IMG/VR virus record: IMGVR_UViG_3300020045_007174
Span: 1 to 34,993 of that record
Direction: 5' to 3' (one strand)
Length of the DNA stretch: 34,993 nt
Source: a virus
Lineage: Duplodnaviria > Caudoviricetes
Part shown: piece after piece, positions 23,169 to 32,421 of the stretch
How positions within the stretch are numbered: the stretch's first letter is position 1
How the letters are laid out: each line of letters opens with the position of its first letter
Program-made: the position numbers and the translations under genes
The notes under the pieces: generated by a model
Told to the model about the DNA's origin: nothing
The model's database searches: none
Seen by the model: only the letters and a program-made list of their open reading frames with translations

Positions 23169-25636
23169 TGGACAATAATAGCATCGTTGATTATTTTGTT
23201 AGCAAGGGTTACGCGCCACATCAAGCGGCTGGTATCGCTGGAAATTTAACACAAGAATCTGGAAATAACCCATCTATCGTAAACAAAACCAGTGGTGCGT
23301 TTGGCTTGGCTCAATGGCTAGGTAGCCGGAAAACACAACTACATCGTTTTGCACAAGCGAACGGCGCAAGCATTCATGACCCACGCTTGCAAATGGATTT
23401 TATCGATCACGAGCTAAATACAACTGAGAGCAGGGCGCGTGAAAAGCTAATGCAAACCCGTACAGCAGGGGAGGCAGCGGCGGCGTTTAGTGACCATTTT
23501 GAACGTGCAGGAAAGAATGAAAAAAATAATGCAAGAAGGCAACGCATAGCAGACCAAGCCTTGAATAATTATGGCGGTGGTAGCGGATATAGTGGTGGGG
23601 CAGGTGGGGCTAGTGATATTCCATCACTTGAAGATTTTGTTGCGGCAAAGAAATCCAAGCCACAAATGCAATCACCGCAACCAGAAGCGTCTAATAAAAT
23701 ACCGTCCTTAGAAGAATTTGTTGCAGCTAAAAAATCTAAGCCAGCACAGCCAGAATACACCGAGGGCAATACTGTCGCAGGTGATATTGGTCACAGTGCT
23801 GGCGTAACTGGTCGGTCATTACTTGAAGGTGCGGTAGGATTACCCGCAAGTATCTACAATACTATGAAAATAATCCCGAATTATATTAAAGATAAAACGG
23901 GGGCTATGGACTTAAGTAATCCTTTACTTGCAATGACAGGCGCGGTTCCATTGCCTGATTTTTTGAGTGATGATGGCGGCAGAACGGCAAATACTGAACA
24001 ATACGGAACATCACTGGCTGATTATATCGGCTTGCCAAAAGCGACTAAAGACGACCTTATGAACCAGCAAATAAGCAAGGGCTTAGGCGGCTTTGTAATT
24101 CCAACGGCGGCTATGGCTAAGCTTGGTAAAGCAGGTGGTCTTATTGAGGGTTTTGGCAAGGCAATGGGTGGCGCAAACCCTTTTACAGCTTCGGCGGGTA
24201 TCATCGGCGGTGGCGCAGCACAGGAAGGTGCGCGTGAAATGGGCGCAAGTGACAATGTGCAATTGGCGGCTAATATTGCTGGTAATGTGGCAGGTGGTGG
24301 ATTGGCTGGCATAGCTAACATGGCAGGTCGGACAGGTGCGCGGGTCGGTAGAGCCTTAATTAATAGCAATGAAGGCGTGGCAGGTAGGGTGCTAAACCGT
24401 GCGGCAGGTGAACAAGCCCCGCAAGTAATAGCAGACCTTGAAAGCGGTGTTGTGCCATCAATCACGGGGAAAATGATTAAAGGCTACCAGCCAACCAGCT
24501 CAGAGATAGCGGGTAATGCTGGCGTGTCTAGTATTTTGCGGCAAGCAGGGCTAGATCCTGATACAGCGGTTTCTTTAGCCGATAGACAGTTTCAAAACTC
24601 AAAAGCTGTTAAAGATTATCTCGAAAAAGGGGCGGCTGGCGGCTTATCAAAACGGGCATCGATCAAAGGCGATGCTAAAACACTAGCAGAACAAAAGCTA
24701 TGGAACAAGGTAGACACGATTAGTAAGCCTATGCGCACCCGCGATTTACCCGTTGATTTAACACCTGTTGAATCCGCAATCGAATCGGCTCTACTAAAAA
24801 ATAAAGGAAACCCGTCGATTGTGGCAGGTATTGAGAAGTTAAAATCCAGTATGCCAACGGGTGGCGCGGCGGGTTTTGATGAAACATACAATTTTAAACA
24901 ATGGATTGATGAGTTATTGAGTTCTACCGATGTTAGAGATATTGACGCGCTAAGCGTGCAGAAGGCGAAAACAGCACTTGAGAGCGTTAAGTCCGCTTTA
25001 GCTAATACGATGACCGCAACCGAACCAGAGTTTAAGCAATTTTTGCAAGAACAAGCAAAAGGATTAGGAAGAATAGAGCAGCGGTCTTTAGCCGATAAAA
25101 TCATCACTGCTAAGTCTGCAACTGTGCCAAAAGTAGCCAATACGCCAGCGGGACAGGAAGAGCTTTATTCGCTTACTGGCAGTAAATTAAAGACTGTCAC
25201 AAAAGACCCTAAGCTAATGGCACAGCTTAGCCCTGTACAGCGGCGAATGTTTGAAAAAGCGCAACAACATGCGGCTTTAGAATCACGCGACCAAGCAGGC
25301 GCAATGGTGGGCAGTAATACCGCACAGAATTTAAACATTCGTGATGTGGTTGCTCAAGACATTATGGAGGCGATAATTGGGAATAATAAAGCGTCTAACC
25401 TTATTGGCAAAGCAGCGGGCGGCTTAGCTTCGGCTGTCATGCCGCGCGGTTTGATTAATTCTCGAACTATGAGTAGTACTGGCGTTGCAAATATTTTGGC
25501 AAAGGCAAAACTTGACCCTAAATATGCAGCGCATTTGATGAAAACTTACGGCTTAGGTCATAAGAACTTTAACGACACAGCAGCACGGGCAACATTACGC
25601 GGCTTGATGACTAACCCACCAAAAACAGGACAATAA
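23168..25636 (+). CDS. Large ejection protein with N-terminal phage tail lysozyme domain
   Basis: AAGIAGNLTQESG...GAFGLAQWLGSR...FERAG; G/A-rich membrane-type segments; GSNTAQNL. Confidence 0.85.
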   Translation: MDNNSIVDYFVSKGYAPHQAAGIAGNLTQESGNNPSIVNKTSGAFGLAQWLGSRKTQLHRFAQANGASIHDPRLQMDFIDHELNTTESRAREKLMQTRTAGEAAAAFSDHFERAGKNEKNNARRQRIADQALNNYGGGSGYSGGAGGASDIPSLEDFVAAKKSKPQMQSPQPEASNKIPSLEEFVAAKKSKPAQPEYTEGNTVAGDIGHSAGVTGRSLLEGAVGLPASIYNTMKIIPNYIKDKTGAMDLSNPLLAMTGAVPLPDFLSDDGGRTANTEQYGTSLADYIGLPKATKDDLMNQQISKGLGGFVIPTAAMAKLGKAGGLIEGFGKAMGGANPFTASAGIIGGGAAQEGAREMGASDNVQLAANIAGNVAGGGLAGIANMAGRTGARVGRALINSNEGVAGRVLNRAAGEQAPQVIADLESGVVPSITGKMIKGYQPTSSEIAGNAGVSSILRQAGLDPDTAVSLADRQFQNSKAVKDYLEKGAAGGLSKRASIKGDAKTLAEQKLWNKVDTISKPMRTRDLPVDLTPVESAIESALLKNKGNPSIVAGIEKLKSSMPTGGAAGFDETYNFKQWIDELLSSTDVRDIDALSVQKAKTALESVKSALANTMTATEPEFKQFLQEQAKGLGRIEQRSLADKIITAKSATVPKVANTPAGQEELYSLTGSKLKTVTKDPKLMAQLSPVQRRMFEKAQQHAALESRDQAGAMVGSNTAQNLNIRDVVAQDIMEAIIGNNKASNLIGKAAGGLASAVMPRGLINSRTMSSTGVANILAKAKLDPKYAAHLMKTYGLGHKNFNDTAARATLRGLMTNPPKTGQ

Positions 25637-25639
25637 ATA

Positions 25640-26653
25640 ATGGCATCATTAGCTGATTTAGTCGGTAGACCTATAGAAAAAACCAAGCAGTTTTCCTTAT
25701 ACGACAAACTAAGGCGACAGCACTTTGGCGAGAATGACAGTACATTAGCCAGCGTATTAATGCACCCGATTGAAGCCGCAGGGCGTGGAGCTGATTGGTT
25801 TCAAAACCAAGTAAACACGGCAGCAGGTACGGGCGGCGATGACTACGGCGGCGACCCATATCTGCAAAGAGACCAACAAGCGGGAGCGGCTTTGAATTTG
25901 GCGGGCTTGGCGAATATGGGAGCTATGCCAGCCGCGCCTAGGTCAGCGGGTGGGACGCTGGGGACTGTTATTAAGTCAACTCAATACGATGAAGCGCATG
26001 AAATAGCGAGGATTAACGCGGCATTACCTAAAAAAATGGGCGGCTTAGGATTGCCAGAAAACAACACAGCTATGGATAGAGCTAAAGCATTAGGGTTTGA
26101 CATAGATAAAAAATGGTTTCATGGCACTAATAGGGATTTTGATGCTTTTGACCCTGCAAAAACCAGACCACAATCAAAAGGAAAAACAGACCAAGATGGA
26201 GCTTTTGTTTTTTCCGATAATCCTTTGGTGTCAGAAACTTATGCTAACTATGGAGGTGGGAGTAGTCAAATAATGCCAACTTTTTTAACCCTTGGTAAGC
26301 AGTCAGTTAAAGACGCTAAAGGCAAAAACTGGAACAGAATAAAATATAAAGGCGATGAATGGTCTACTGATGACCTTGCAAATGAAGCAAGAGGAAAAGG
26401 GAAAAACTCAATGCTAATTAATAATGTTGTTGATAGTGGTCAGAGTATTAGCGGCAATAGAGATACAATGTTAGGTACAACAGGATTTGTTTTTGATCCT
26501 TCACAAATAAGAAGCGTAAACGCAGCTTTTGATCCATTAAAACGTAATAGCGCAAACCTATTAGCCAGTATTATCGGTGGAACGGCTTTAGCTAATGAGT
26601 ATGATAAAAAGAAACGTAGACCCAGTTTAGCAGACAAAATTAAAGGAAAATAA
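25640..26653 (+). CDS. ART-PolyVal-like (ADP-ribosyltransferase-fold) protein
   Basis: FHGT..DFDAFD, FVFSDNP.VSETYA, IMPTFL, VFDPSQIRSVNAAFDP. Confidence 0.75.
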   Translation: MASLADLVGRPIEKTKQFSLYDKLRRQHFGENDSTLASVLMHPIEAAGRGADWFQNQVNTAAGTGGDDYGGDPYLQRDQQAGAALNLAGLANMGAMPAAPRSAGGTLGTVIKSTQYDEAHEIARINAALPKKMGGLGLPENNTAMDRAKALGFDIDKKWFHGTNRDFDAFDPAKTRPQSKGKTDQDGAFVFSDNPLVSETYANYGGGSSQIMPTFLTLGKQSVKDAKGKNWNRIKYKGDEWSTDDLANEARGKGKNSMLINNVVDSGQSISGNRDTMLGTTGFVFDPSQIRSVNAAFDPLKRNSANLLASIIGGTALANEYDKKKRRPSLADKIKGK

Positions 26654-26656
26654 ATA

Positions 26657-28090
26657 ATGACCACCGTATTTTTATCGCCATTTTTTAACGAATACAACGA
26701 CCTAAACGACTTACCAAACAACGGCGGATCAGTCACAATATACCTAACCGGAACAACCACGCCCGCAGCGGTTTACGCAGACCACACGGGCAATGTTGCC
26801 AATACCAATCCAGTTGTTTTTAACTCGCAGGGTTACCCAATAGCCCCAATTTGGCTTGATGTAACGAACGACTATGACGCGATTGTAAAAGACGCGCTCG
26901 GTAATGTAGTCTATGAGCTGGATTTTATCGGCTTGCCTCCCCTTGTCCCCGCAAGCACCACCGGTGTCGATGGCGCGACTATTATTTGGGTAGATACGCT
27001 ATCAGCGGCAACAAAAACAAGTGCGACTACTTTTACAATCGCCGGTGTGTGGGACGTTATTTTTAGTCAAGGCAGACGCTTAAAAATAACTAGCGAAGCA
27101 ATTAAATATTGCACGATTAAAACCGCGACTTACAACAGCGGTACGGACTTAACCACTGTTGAGGTTGTTGTTGATGGCGGCGGGTCGGTTCCATCGATAA
27201 CTTCAGTTTTTTATTCTGCACTTGATAGCATCCATTTAGCTGTGCCATATATCAGTTACACAGCGGCTAATGTTGGCACAGAAGATGCTTTAGTTGTTAA
27301 TTTGAGTCCGGCGGTTTATGCGTTGACCGACAAGCTAATGTTGACTGTCGATATGGGTGCGTTAACAAACTTAACGACTACGCCAAACATCATGGTCAAT
27401 GGTTTGTCAGTAACTAATATCGTGTCGAATGGCGGAGGCGCGATTGCCATCGGCTCATTACCGCGCTACACAGACTTGGTTTATGATGTTGCTACCAATG
27501 TTTTTACGCTAAAAAATCCTAGCACATCGAGTAATGATGCTAAGTGGGCGGCGTTTCCTAAAGGTTATTATCAGGCATTTATACCTGAATTAATGGGTAC
27601 AACGTTGGCTTTATGGCTTCCAGCGCACACAGACTGGATAAAGCTAACTAATACACAGGTTGCAGACATTGAGGGAAGGGTAATAGCGGTATCCAGTGCC
27701 GCGCATTTAGGAGCTACTCAGACTGGTTCAGATGATTCTATTGTGCCGGCGCATGGTCATACCGGCACAGTAGCCGCTCATACTCACCCCGGTAGTTCAA
27801 CGGCAGCACATAGTCACACAATCACAGACCCCGGTCACGCGCATCCTATTCCGCACGCAGCAGTTGGTGATCCGTCAAGCTCTTTTTCGGCAACAGCGGC
27901 GGTTGGCGTATGGCTAGGCTCAGGCGATGTTGATAGTGCAACAACAGGCATCACGGTAAATTCAGCCAGCGCGGCGATTACTATCGCCAGTGACACGCCA
28001 GCGGTGACAGTAGCAAGTGCGGGCGTATCAGCGACAAATGGCAATATTCAACGCACTGCTTATTATGATTATATAGCTAAAATCGCTTAA
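26657..28090 (+). CDS. Tail fibre with tailspike-type virion-binding N-terminus and HxH needle tip
   Basis: GGSVTIYLTGTTTP...NTNPVVFNSQG; C-terminal HGH, HTH, HSH and HAH motifs. Confidence 0.8.
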   Translation: MTTVFLSPFFNEYNDLNDLPNNGGSVTIYLTGTTTPAAVYADHTGNVANTNPVVFNSQGYPIAPIWLDVTNDYDAIVKDALGNVVYELDFIGLPPLVPASTTGVDGATIIWVDTLSAATKTSATTFTIAGVWDVIFSQGRRLKITSEAIKYCTIKTATYNSGTDLTTVEVVVDGGGSVPSITSVFYSALDSIHLAVPYISYTAANVGTEDALVVNLSPAVYALTDKLMLTVDMGALTNLTTTPNIMVNGLSVTNIVSNGGGAIAIGSLPRYTDLVYDVATNVFTLKNPSTSSNDAKWAAFPKGYYQAFIPELMGTTLALWLPAHTDWIKLTNTQVADIEGRVIAVSSAAHLGATQTGSDDSIVPAHGHTGTVAAHTHPGSSTAAHSHTITDPGHAHPIPHAAVGDPSSSFSATAAVGVWLGSGDVDSATTGITVNSASAAITIASDTPAVTVASAGVSATNGNIQRTAYYDYIAKIA

Positions 28091-28102
28091 TATTTGGCAA
28101 TA

Positions 28103-28128
28103 AAAAGCCGCTAGTGATAGCGGCTTTT
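28103..28128. terminator. Bidirectional terminator between convergent operons
   Basis: AAAAGCCGCTA-GTGA-TAGCGGCTTTT. Confidence 0.85.
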
Positions 28129-28136
28129 GTTTAATA

Positions 28137-28475
28137 TTAGTTATGATCTGTTGGTAGTGGCATCCATTTAATCGGGTACAAAATTCTTTTCTCTGTCCAG
28201 AACGAATAATCAGCGCAATTTGTAGCAATTACTCCATTTTCAAATAACAATAAAATCTCGCTTCCATCCCTCGGCGCACTATTCACATCCTGCCAAGGCA
28301 TAAACTTCCATATTTCATCGGAGGTTAGCGGGGTTAAATTTTCTGGATATGTTTCTATGCTGTTATTATAAATAACTATATCTCCTTTTTTGTTGTTAAC
28401 GATAACTAGCACACCATGACGGTTTGTTGCTAATAGACCATTTTCAGGGATATTTTCGTGCCATTCTTTACTCAT
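28137..28475 (-). CDS. Hypothetical protein with DUF551-like C-terminus
   Basis: WQDVNSAPRDGSEILL...KWMPLP. Confidence 0.7.
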   Translation of the reverse strand: MSKEWHENIPENGLLATNRHGVLVIVNNKKGDIVIYNNSIETYPENLTPLTSDEIWKFMPWQDVNSAPRDGSEILLLFENGVIATNCADYSFWTEKRILYPIKWMPLPTDHN

Positions 28476-28872
28476 TTAATGCTCCTAGTTTTGATTTTGC
28501 CAAACTGTACAAAACGTACCGTATCGATGTGGGCTCTTTATTTACTGCTCTTATTGCCACACAATCCGCTTTAAATTTTAAGTGCGGTCTTAGAGAGTCG
28601 TTTAAAAATCTTCGATATTCTTTGCACAACATTGCGACAATATCCCGCGCCTCTTTACCGCCTTTTCGTGGCTTGCGGATTGTTATTACATTAGAAACAA
28701 GGACGTTTTCAGACAACCCCATATCCCCGCGCATCACTCTTATAACTAAATGAGCGTTTCCTATTTCCGACATACACGCCGACGTGACCTCGGAAAATAA
28801 AATCTCAGGCTCTAGCGTTACCAAGTCTTTAGCTCTATACACCACCCAATCTCCAGTTTCAATTGGTCTCAC
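28468..28872 (-). CDS. Hypothetical protein
   Basis: GAGGAGG RBS before GTG 28872; overlaps both neighbours. Confidence 0.6.
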   Translation of the reverse strand: MRPIETGDWVVYRAKDLVTLEPEILFSEVTSACMSEIGNAHLVIRVMRGDMGLSENVLVSNVITIRKPRKGGKEARDIVAMLCKEYRRFLNDSLRPHLKFKADCVAIRAVNKEPTSIRYVLYSLAKSKLGALNE

Positions 28873-29215
28873 AATTAACCTCCTCACCTAGCTTGCTTTT
28901 AACAAAACAGGCGATTATTGCGCGGTTTGCGGTTGCTCCGTGTGTTGCAGAGTCTCTAGTGTCATCGGCGATATTGTAATTATCCGCACTCCAGCACCCT
29001 TCAAACTCAAAATTAACGCTTATTTTCTCACGTTCCTGAATTTCATCGCACTGCACGGCGTTTGCTGTTGGGTGATAGTCGCCAATATTATATTTAAAAA
29101 TATCGTCTTTCACCCAGTAGTCATATAAATAATATTCCACTTTCTTCCACCCCTGCGCAATCGCACAAAAATGGTCAAGTTGTTTGTCGGTTAGTTCTTC
29201 GATTTTGATTTTCAC
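28859..29215 (-). CDS. NinX/DUF2591-like protein
   Basis: GTG start overlapping the upstream stop; ELTDKQLD..CA.AQG, YHPT, GAT..RAI..CFV.SKLG. Confidence 0.7.
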   Translation of the reverse strand: MKIKIEELTDKQLDHFCAIAQGWKKVEYYLYDYWVKDDIFKYNIGDYHPTANAVQCDEIQEREKISVNFEFEGCWSADNYNIADDTRDSATHGATANRAIIACFVKSKLGEEVNCETN

Positions 29216-29913
29216 AACGCCACCTGCGCATTCATGGCTTGCATGGCTGATAGGTGTTGTTTTGCCGCTTCTTCGGTTAGATGGATAAGACCAGCGTTTA
29301 ATCTGCCTGTATCCCATAAATTACCGATCCAAAAACTATCCGTAACATTATTAGTGCCTGCAAAATAATAAACTTGATTTTCACTCAAAGCCTCGCGCAC
29401 TGGCTCAGGAAACTCCATTTTTGTACCGTCTTGCAGCATAATGAAGCAAGCGCGTGGGCGTATTCGATACTTACTTGATTCAACCCATGATGGCTCGCCA
29501 TCTCCATTATCATGCCAAATAGAGCAGCCGTTTTCGGTATATTGCCAACGCTTTTTATCCTCCTCGCTGCACGCATTAAATTTTATGATATTTTCGCGGT
29601 GCGGGTGTTGGCGGTATTCATAATCTGGGCTAAAACTATGGTCGTCTGTAATAGAAAACCATTTGCTTTCATTATGGTTTGCCCATTGCCACAATTTCCA
29701 CCAAAACTCAGGATAAGCCTCTTTATCGGCTTCGGCTTGTGCGATCTGGTCTTGAAGCGAATCGGTGTCAATAGGTTTTTGAATTAATTCAATTCTTGCA
29801 CGTGCCATCCATGCACACGTCACCGCTTCTTTTACATCTAGCGGAATTTTAAAAAAATATTCATTACACCATTCATTAAATGCTTCCAGCTCTTTTTTTT
29901 CTTGCTCTGTCAT
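29212..29913 (-). CDS. Hypothetical phage protein with duplicated WQ...W...YR module
   Basis: AAGGGG RBS before ATG 29913; WQWAN...W...YEYR and WQYTE...W...SKYR. Confidence 0.7.
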   Translation of the reverse strand: MTEQEKKELEAFNEWCNEYFFKIPLDVKEAVTCAWMARARIELIQKPIDTDSLQDQIAQAEADKEAYPEFWWKLWQWANHNESKWFSITDDHSFSPDYEYRQHPHRENIIKFNACSEEDKKRWQYTENGCSIWHDNGDGEPSWVESSKYRIRPRACFIMLQDGTKMEFPEPVREALSENQVYYFAGTNNVTDSFWIGNLWDTGRLNAGLIHLTEEAAKQHLSAMQAMNAQVAL

Positions 29914-29923
29914 CACATACCCC

Positions 29924-30082
29924 TTAAAAATTAATAAACCCAAAAATAACCGCCGCAAAAGCAGCCGCGACACCGAACCAAAACACCAATCCAATCCATC
30001 GAGGGTAAGGCGGCGTGTTGATTGCCATCGGGTATTTTGTGCCGATGTGGTTAAAATCTTGACCTACTTTACTTGCTTTCAT
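29924..30082 (-). CDS. Small membrane protein (52 aa, not in ORF track)
   Basis: GGAG RBS; C-terminal WIGLVFWFGVAAAFAAVIFGFINF. Confidence 0.55.
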   Translation of the reverse strand: MKASKVGQDFNHIGTKYPMAINTPPYPRWIGLVFWFGVAAAFAAVIFGFINF

Positions 30083-30539
30083 GTTCTATCTCCAATTGTT
30101 GGCGTGCCTTAATAGCGTGGTGCAATTGCATTTGTAGTCGTTTTATTTCTATTAGTTCTTCGGGTAAATCTGCGGATTTTATATTAAAAAGTCTTGCTGT
30201 TTTTAAGTATCTTATTGCAACAACTACACAAGCATTTGAAAATGGATTATTTTTTACCCATTCTTTTCGAGATGCTGTGCTTTTTTCACGATTTTCTATA
30301 TTATATTTTCTATGGTATTCAATGTTTTTTATTCTGTAATGATTGAATTTTTCAGTGTTTTTTGATCTATATATTCTTGCAGACAAATTACTTCTTTCTC
30401 TATTATTTTTCACCCATTCTTTATATCGATTATTTGCACATTGTTTACACTCGCCCCCCCTATTTGTTGCATCGACACCCCCACATTTCTTGCACGGCTT
30501 TGTTAATTTTTTACAAGGCTTCGCTGTCAATGTAGTCAT
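30069..30539 (-). CDS. Basic zinc-finger protein (HNH N-terminus-like, no HNH core)
   Basis: CKKC...CKQC, K/R-rich helix, LPEELIEIKRLQ tail. Confidence 0.65.
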   Translation of the reverse strand: MTTLTAKPCKKLTKPCKKCGGVDATNRGGECKQCANNRYKEWVKNNRERSNLSARIYRSKNTEKFNHYRIKNIEYHRKYNIENREKSTASRKEWVKNNPFSNACVVVAIRYLKTARLFNIKSADLPEELIEIKRLQMQLHHAIKARQQLEIEHESK

Positions 30540-30729
30540 TCTCAATCACCTTTTGCACATTATCAGGGTTCGCTTTAGTCGCGGCAATCTCAACTAACCA
30601 CGAATTAATCACGCCGTTAGCCAAGTTACTCACTACTTTAGCTTGATTGATTGATACCGTGCCATTTTGCACTCCTTCAATTTCAGCTAAAATGCGTTCT
30701 CTTAAAATTGTCATATCAGGGGTATTCAT
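30511..30729 (-). CDS. Small helical phage protein
   Basis: GGAG RBS; QAKVVSNLANGVINS. Confidence 0.65.
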   Translation of the reverse strand: MNTPDMTILRERILAEIEGVQNGTVSINQAKVVSNLANGVINSWLVEIAATKANPDNVQKVIENDYIDSEAL

Positions 30730-30732
30730 CTA

Positions 30733-30960
30733 TTATTCTCCAAATTGTTTAAAAATTACGTTTCTGCAATTGACGCACGATAAGATTCGTCTTGATTGAG
30801 CCCCGCATTCTTTCGGGCAATTTTCAAGCGGGTGAGTAAAAAAATAACAGCCTAAGCATGAATCAAGTGGATCAGTCATTTCTAGCACCACGCCTTCGGG
30901 TAATTTATCGCCAATCGTTGTAGGTTCAGTGTGGCAATAATTCAGTATTACTTTTTCCAT
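30733..30960 (-). CDS. Small Cys-rich protein
   Basis: AGGAGG RBS before ATG 30960; CLGCYF...C...C...RNVIFK. Confidence 0.6.
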   Translation of the reverse strand: MEKVILNYCHTEPTTIGDKLPEGVVLEMTDPLDSCLGCYFFTHPLENCPKECGAQSRRILSCVNCRNVIFKQFGE

Positions 30961-31135
30961 AAATACCTCCTTTCTTAATTTGTTGCTCAATTTCTTCTAT
31001 TGTTTCTTTAATAGCTTGTGCTGTCCCGAATGCAGGCGAACTTATCAAAGTTTCCTTTCCAGAAACCCAAGCTCTAAAGGATGTTGTATCAATTAGACAA
31101 GGTTCATTATTTAAGTATGTAAGCTTTATTATCAT
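30926..31135 (-). CDS. FlbD-like small protein
   Basis: MIIKLTYLNNEP...IKETIEEI. Confidence 0.55.
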   Translation of the reverse strand: MIIKLTYLNNEPCLIDTTSFRAWVSGKETLISSPAFGTAQAIKETIEEIEQQIKKGGIYGKSNTELLPH

Positions 31136-31231
31136 AAACCTAATCCTTTTGACTTCTACGCGGCTTAGTGCGGCTTGTGGGCAGTGACAGCCGTTTATGG
31201 CGTTTATCTGCGGCGATTTGGGCTGGTGTTT

Positions 31232-31372
31232 TCATTTAAAATGTCCTGCAATTTGACCGAATAAAATAGCAATAATAAATGATAATTCAGCAAGGTTATT
31301 TTCTCCGAGAAGAATAAAAGTAAAACCTGATAAGGCACTTACTAACTGCACAAAATATAAGGTTTCTTTCAT
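31232..31372 (-). CDS. Small membrane protein (46 aa)
   Basis: MKETLYFVQLVSALSGFTFILLG...LSFIIAILFG; ATGA overlaps. Confidence 0.45.
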   Translation of the reverse strand: MKETLYFVQLVSALSGFTFILLGENNLAELSFIIAILFGQIAGHFK

Positions 31373-31584
31373 TTGTGCGCACCACGATGGTAGAATGGCT
31401 GAACGCTTTCAATTGCGCATAAGTGCAAGTCAAACTCAAGCATTTCTTTGACTGCTTTGATTAGTTCTTTCATGACATCCGCCCCCCATTCACCGACATT
31501 CATTAAATGACTTAGCCAAAAACTAAGACCTGATTTTATCGCCTCATGACAGCTTAGGCGGTTTTGTTTTCTTTGGTTTTTCAT
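31369..31584 (-). CDS. Hypothetical protein
   Basis: GGAGAAGG RBS; 71 aa. Confidence 0.5.
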   Translation of the reverse strand: MKNQRKQNRLSCHEAIKSGLSFWLSHLMNVGEWGADVMKELIKAVKEMLEFDLHLCAIESVQPFYHRGAHK

Positions 31585-31601
31585 AACCTTCTCCAGTTGT
31601 A

Positions 31602-31627
31602 AAAAATGCCCACCGTTCCCAGTGGGC
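31602..31627 (-). terminator. Terminator within the leftward early operon
   Basis: Minus strand GCCCACTG-GGAA-CGGTGGGC-ATTTTTT. Confidence 0.65.
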
Positions 31628-31633
31628 TGTCTA

Positions 31634-31777
31634 CTATTTTTTATTGCGTTCTAGTGAGTCAATAAATCGTCTTTCACCTTTTGAACCTTGCTTCATTGTA
31701 CGAGAGCGAGTCAAAAAGTAATTTTTACGGGTTGAGCCGTGTTTTTGTTTATTACCCATGCGATTGGCTTTTGCCAT
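31634..31777 (-). CDS. Small basic protein (47 aa, not in ORF track)
   Basis: GGAG RBS; MAKANRMGNKQKHGSTRKNYFLTRSRTMKQGSKGERRFIDSLERNKK. Confidence 0.6.
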   Translation of the reverse strand: MAKANRMGNKQKHGSTRKNYFLTRSRTMKQGSKGERRFIDSLERNKK

Positions 31778-31825
31778 TTTAGTAACTCCAGATTATTGCG
31801 GTCTAATCGCCGACCGCTTAGCGTT

Positions 31826-32044
31826 TTAATTGATTGAATAATGTTTTTCGATGTTTTCTAAAATACCGAATGTTTCCACGTCGAAAAAAGCAACAATAAT
31901 TTCACTATCTTCTAAATCTTCCAGTGACTCTGCAAATAATCCCGCTGGCAACACATCCTGTTCAGCGTCTTCCAAAATATCTCCGATAAATGTAATTCCG
32001 TTTGCAGTGTCAGCTTGATAATAGCCAGTTTTTAATGTTGTCAT
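31826..32044 (-). CDS. Small acidic early protein
   Basis: First ORF after the leftward promoter; 16 D/E against 2 K in 72 aa. Confidence 0.7.
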   Translation of the reverse strand: MTTLKTGYYQADTANGITFIGDILEDAEQDVLPAGLFAESLEDLEDSEIIVAFFDVETFGILENIEKHYSIN

Positions 32045-32086
32045 GATTGCACCTGTTTTGTTATTGGTTTTTAAAAAGTATGGCTA

Positions 32087-32115
32087 ATAGTAAACTTGTT
32101 TTTGCATTGAGTCAA
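32087..32115 (-). promoter_or_regulatory. Leftward early promoter
   Basis: Minus strand TTGACT (32115-32110), 17-bp spacer, TACTAT (32092-32087). Confidence 0.75.
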
Positions 32116-32123
32116 CAATTTTT

Positions 32124-32144
32124 TTTACTAAATAATTTAGTAAA
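32124..32144. promoter_or_regulatory. Operator-like palindrome in the divergent control region
   Basis: TTTACTAAAT-A-ATTTAGTAAA. Confidence 0.6.
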
Positions 32145-32196
32145 TGTTTTTGTGATGTGATAATATAGCACATCCTTAACAACATGAGTAAAAAAA

Positions 32197-32421
32197 ATGA
32201 ATCACAAAAAACTTGAGCGGCACGGGCGGAAGCTTTTTGTGCTGGATACGGGAATTAAAATGGCTGGCAAGCTTGGGCTAAAGCCTAGTTTTGTTAGTCA
32301 GATAAAGAGTGGACGGGCTTACTTGCCATCAAAATACATCGCTGTCTTAATTGAGCTTTATGGAGAAAAAGGCATTGATGAGGAGTATCTAATTAAACTA
32401 ACTAAAGATGGCGGGCTGTGA
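32197..32421 (+). CDS. Cro-like HTH regulator
   Basis: KMAGKLGLKPSFVSQIKSGR..LP; first rightward gene of the divergent region. Confidence 0.7.
   Translation: MNHKKLERHGRKLFVLDTGIKMAGKLGLKPSFVSQIKSGRAYLPSKYIAVLIELYGEKGIDEEYLIKLTKDGGL

Noticed and set aside
18475-28090. Diversity-generating retroelement or invertible tail-fibre cassette
   Set aside because: No reverse transcriptase, invertase or near-identical template/variable repeat pair was seen.
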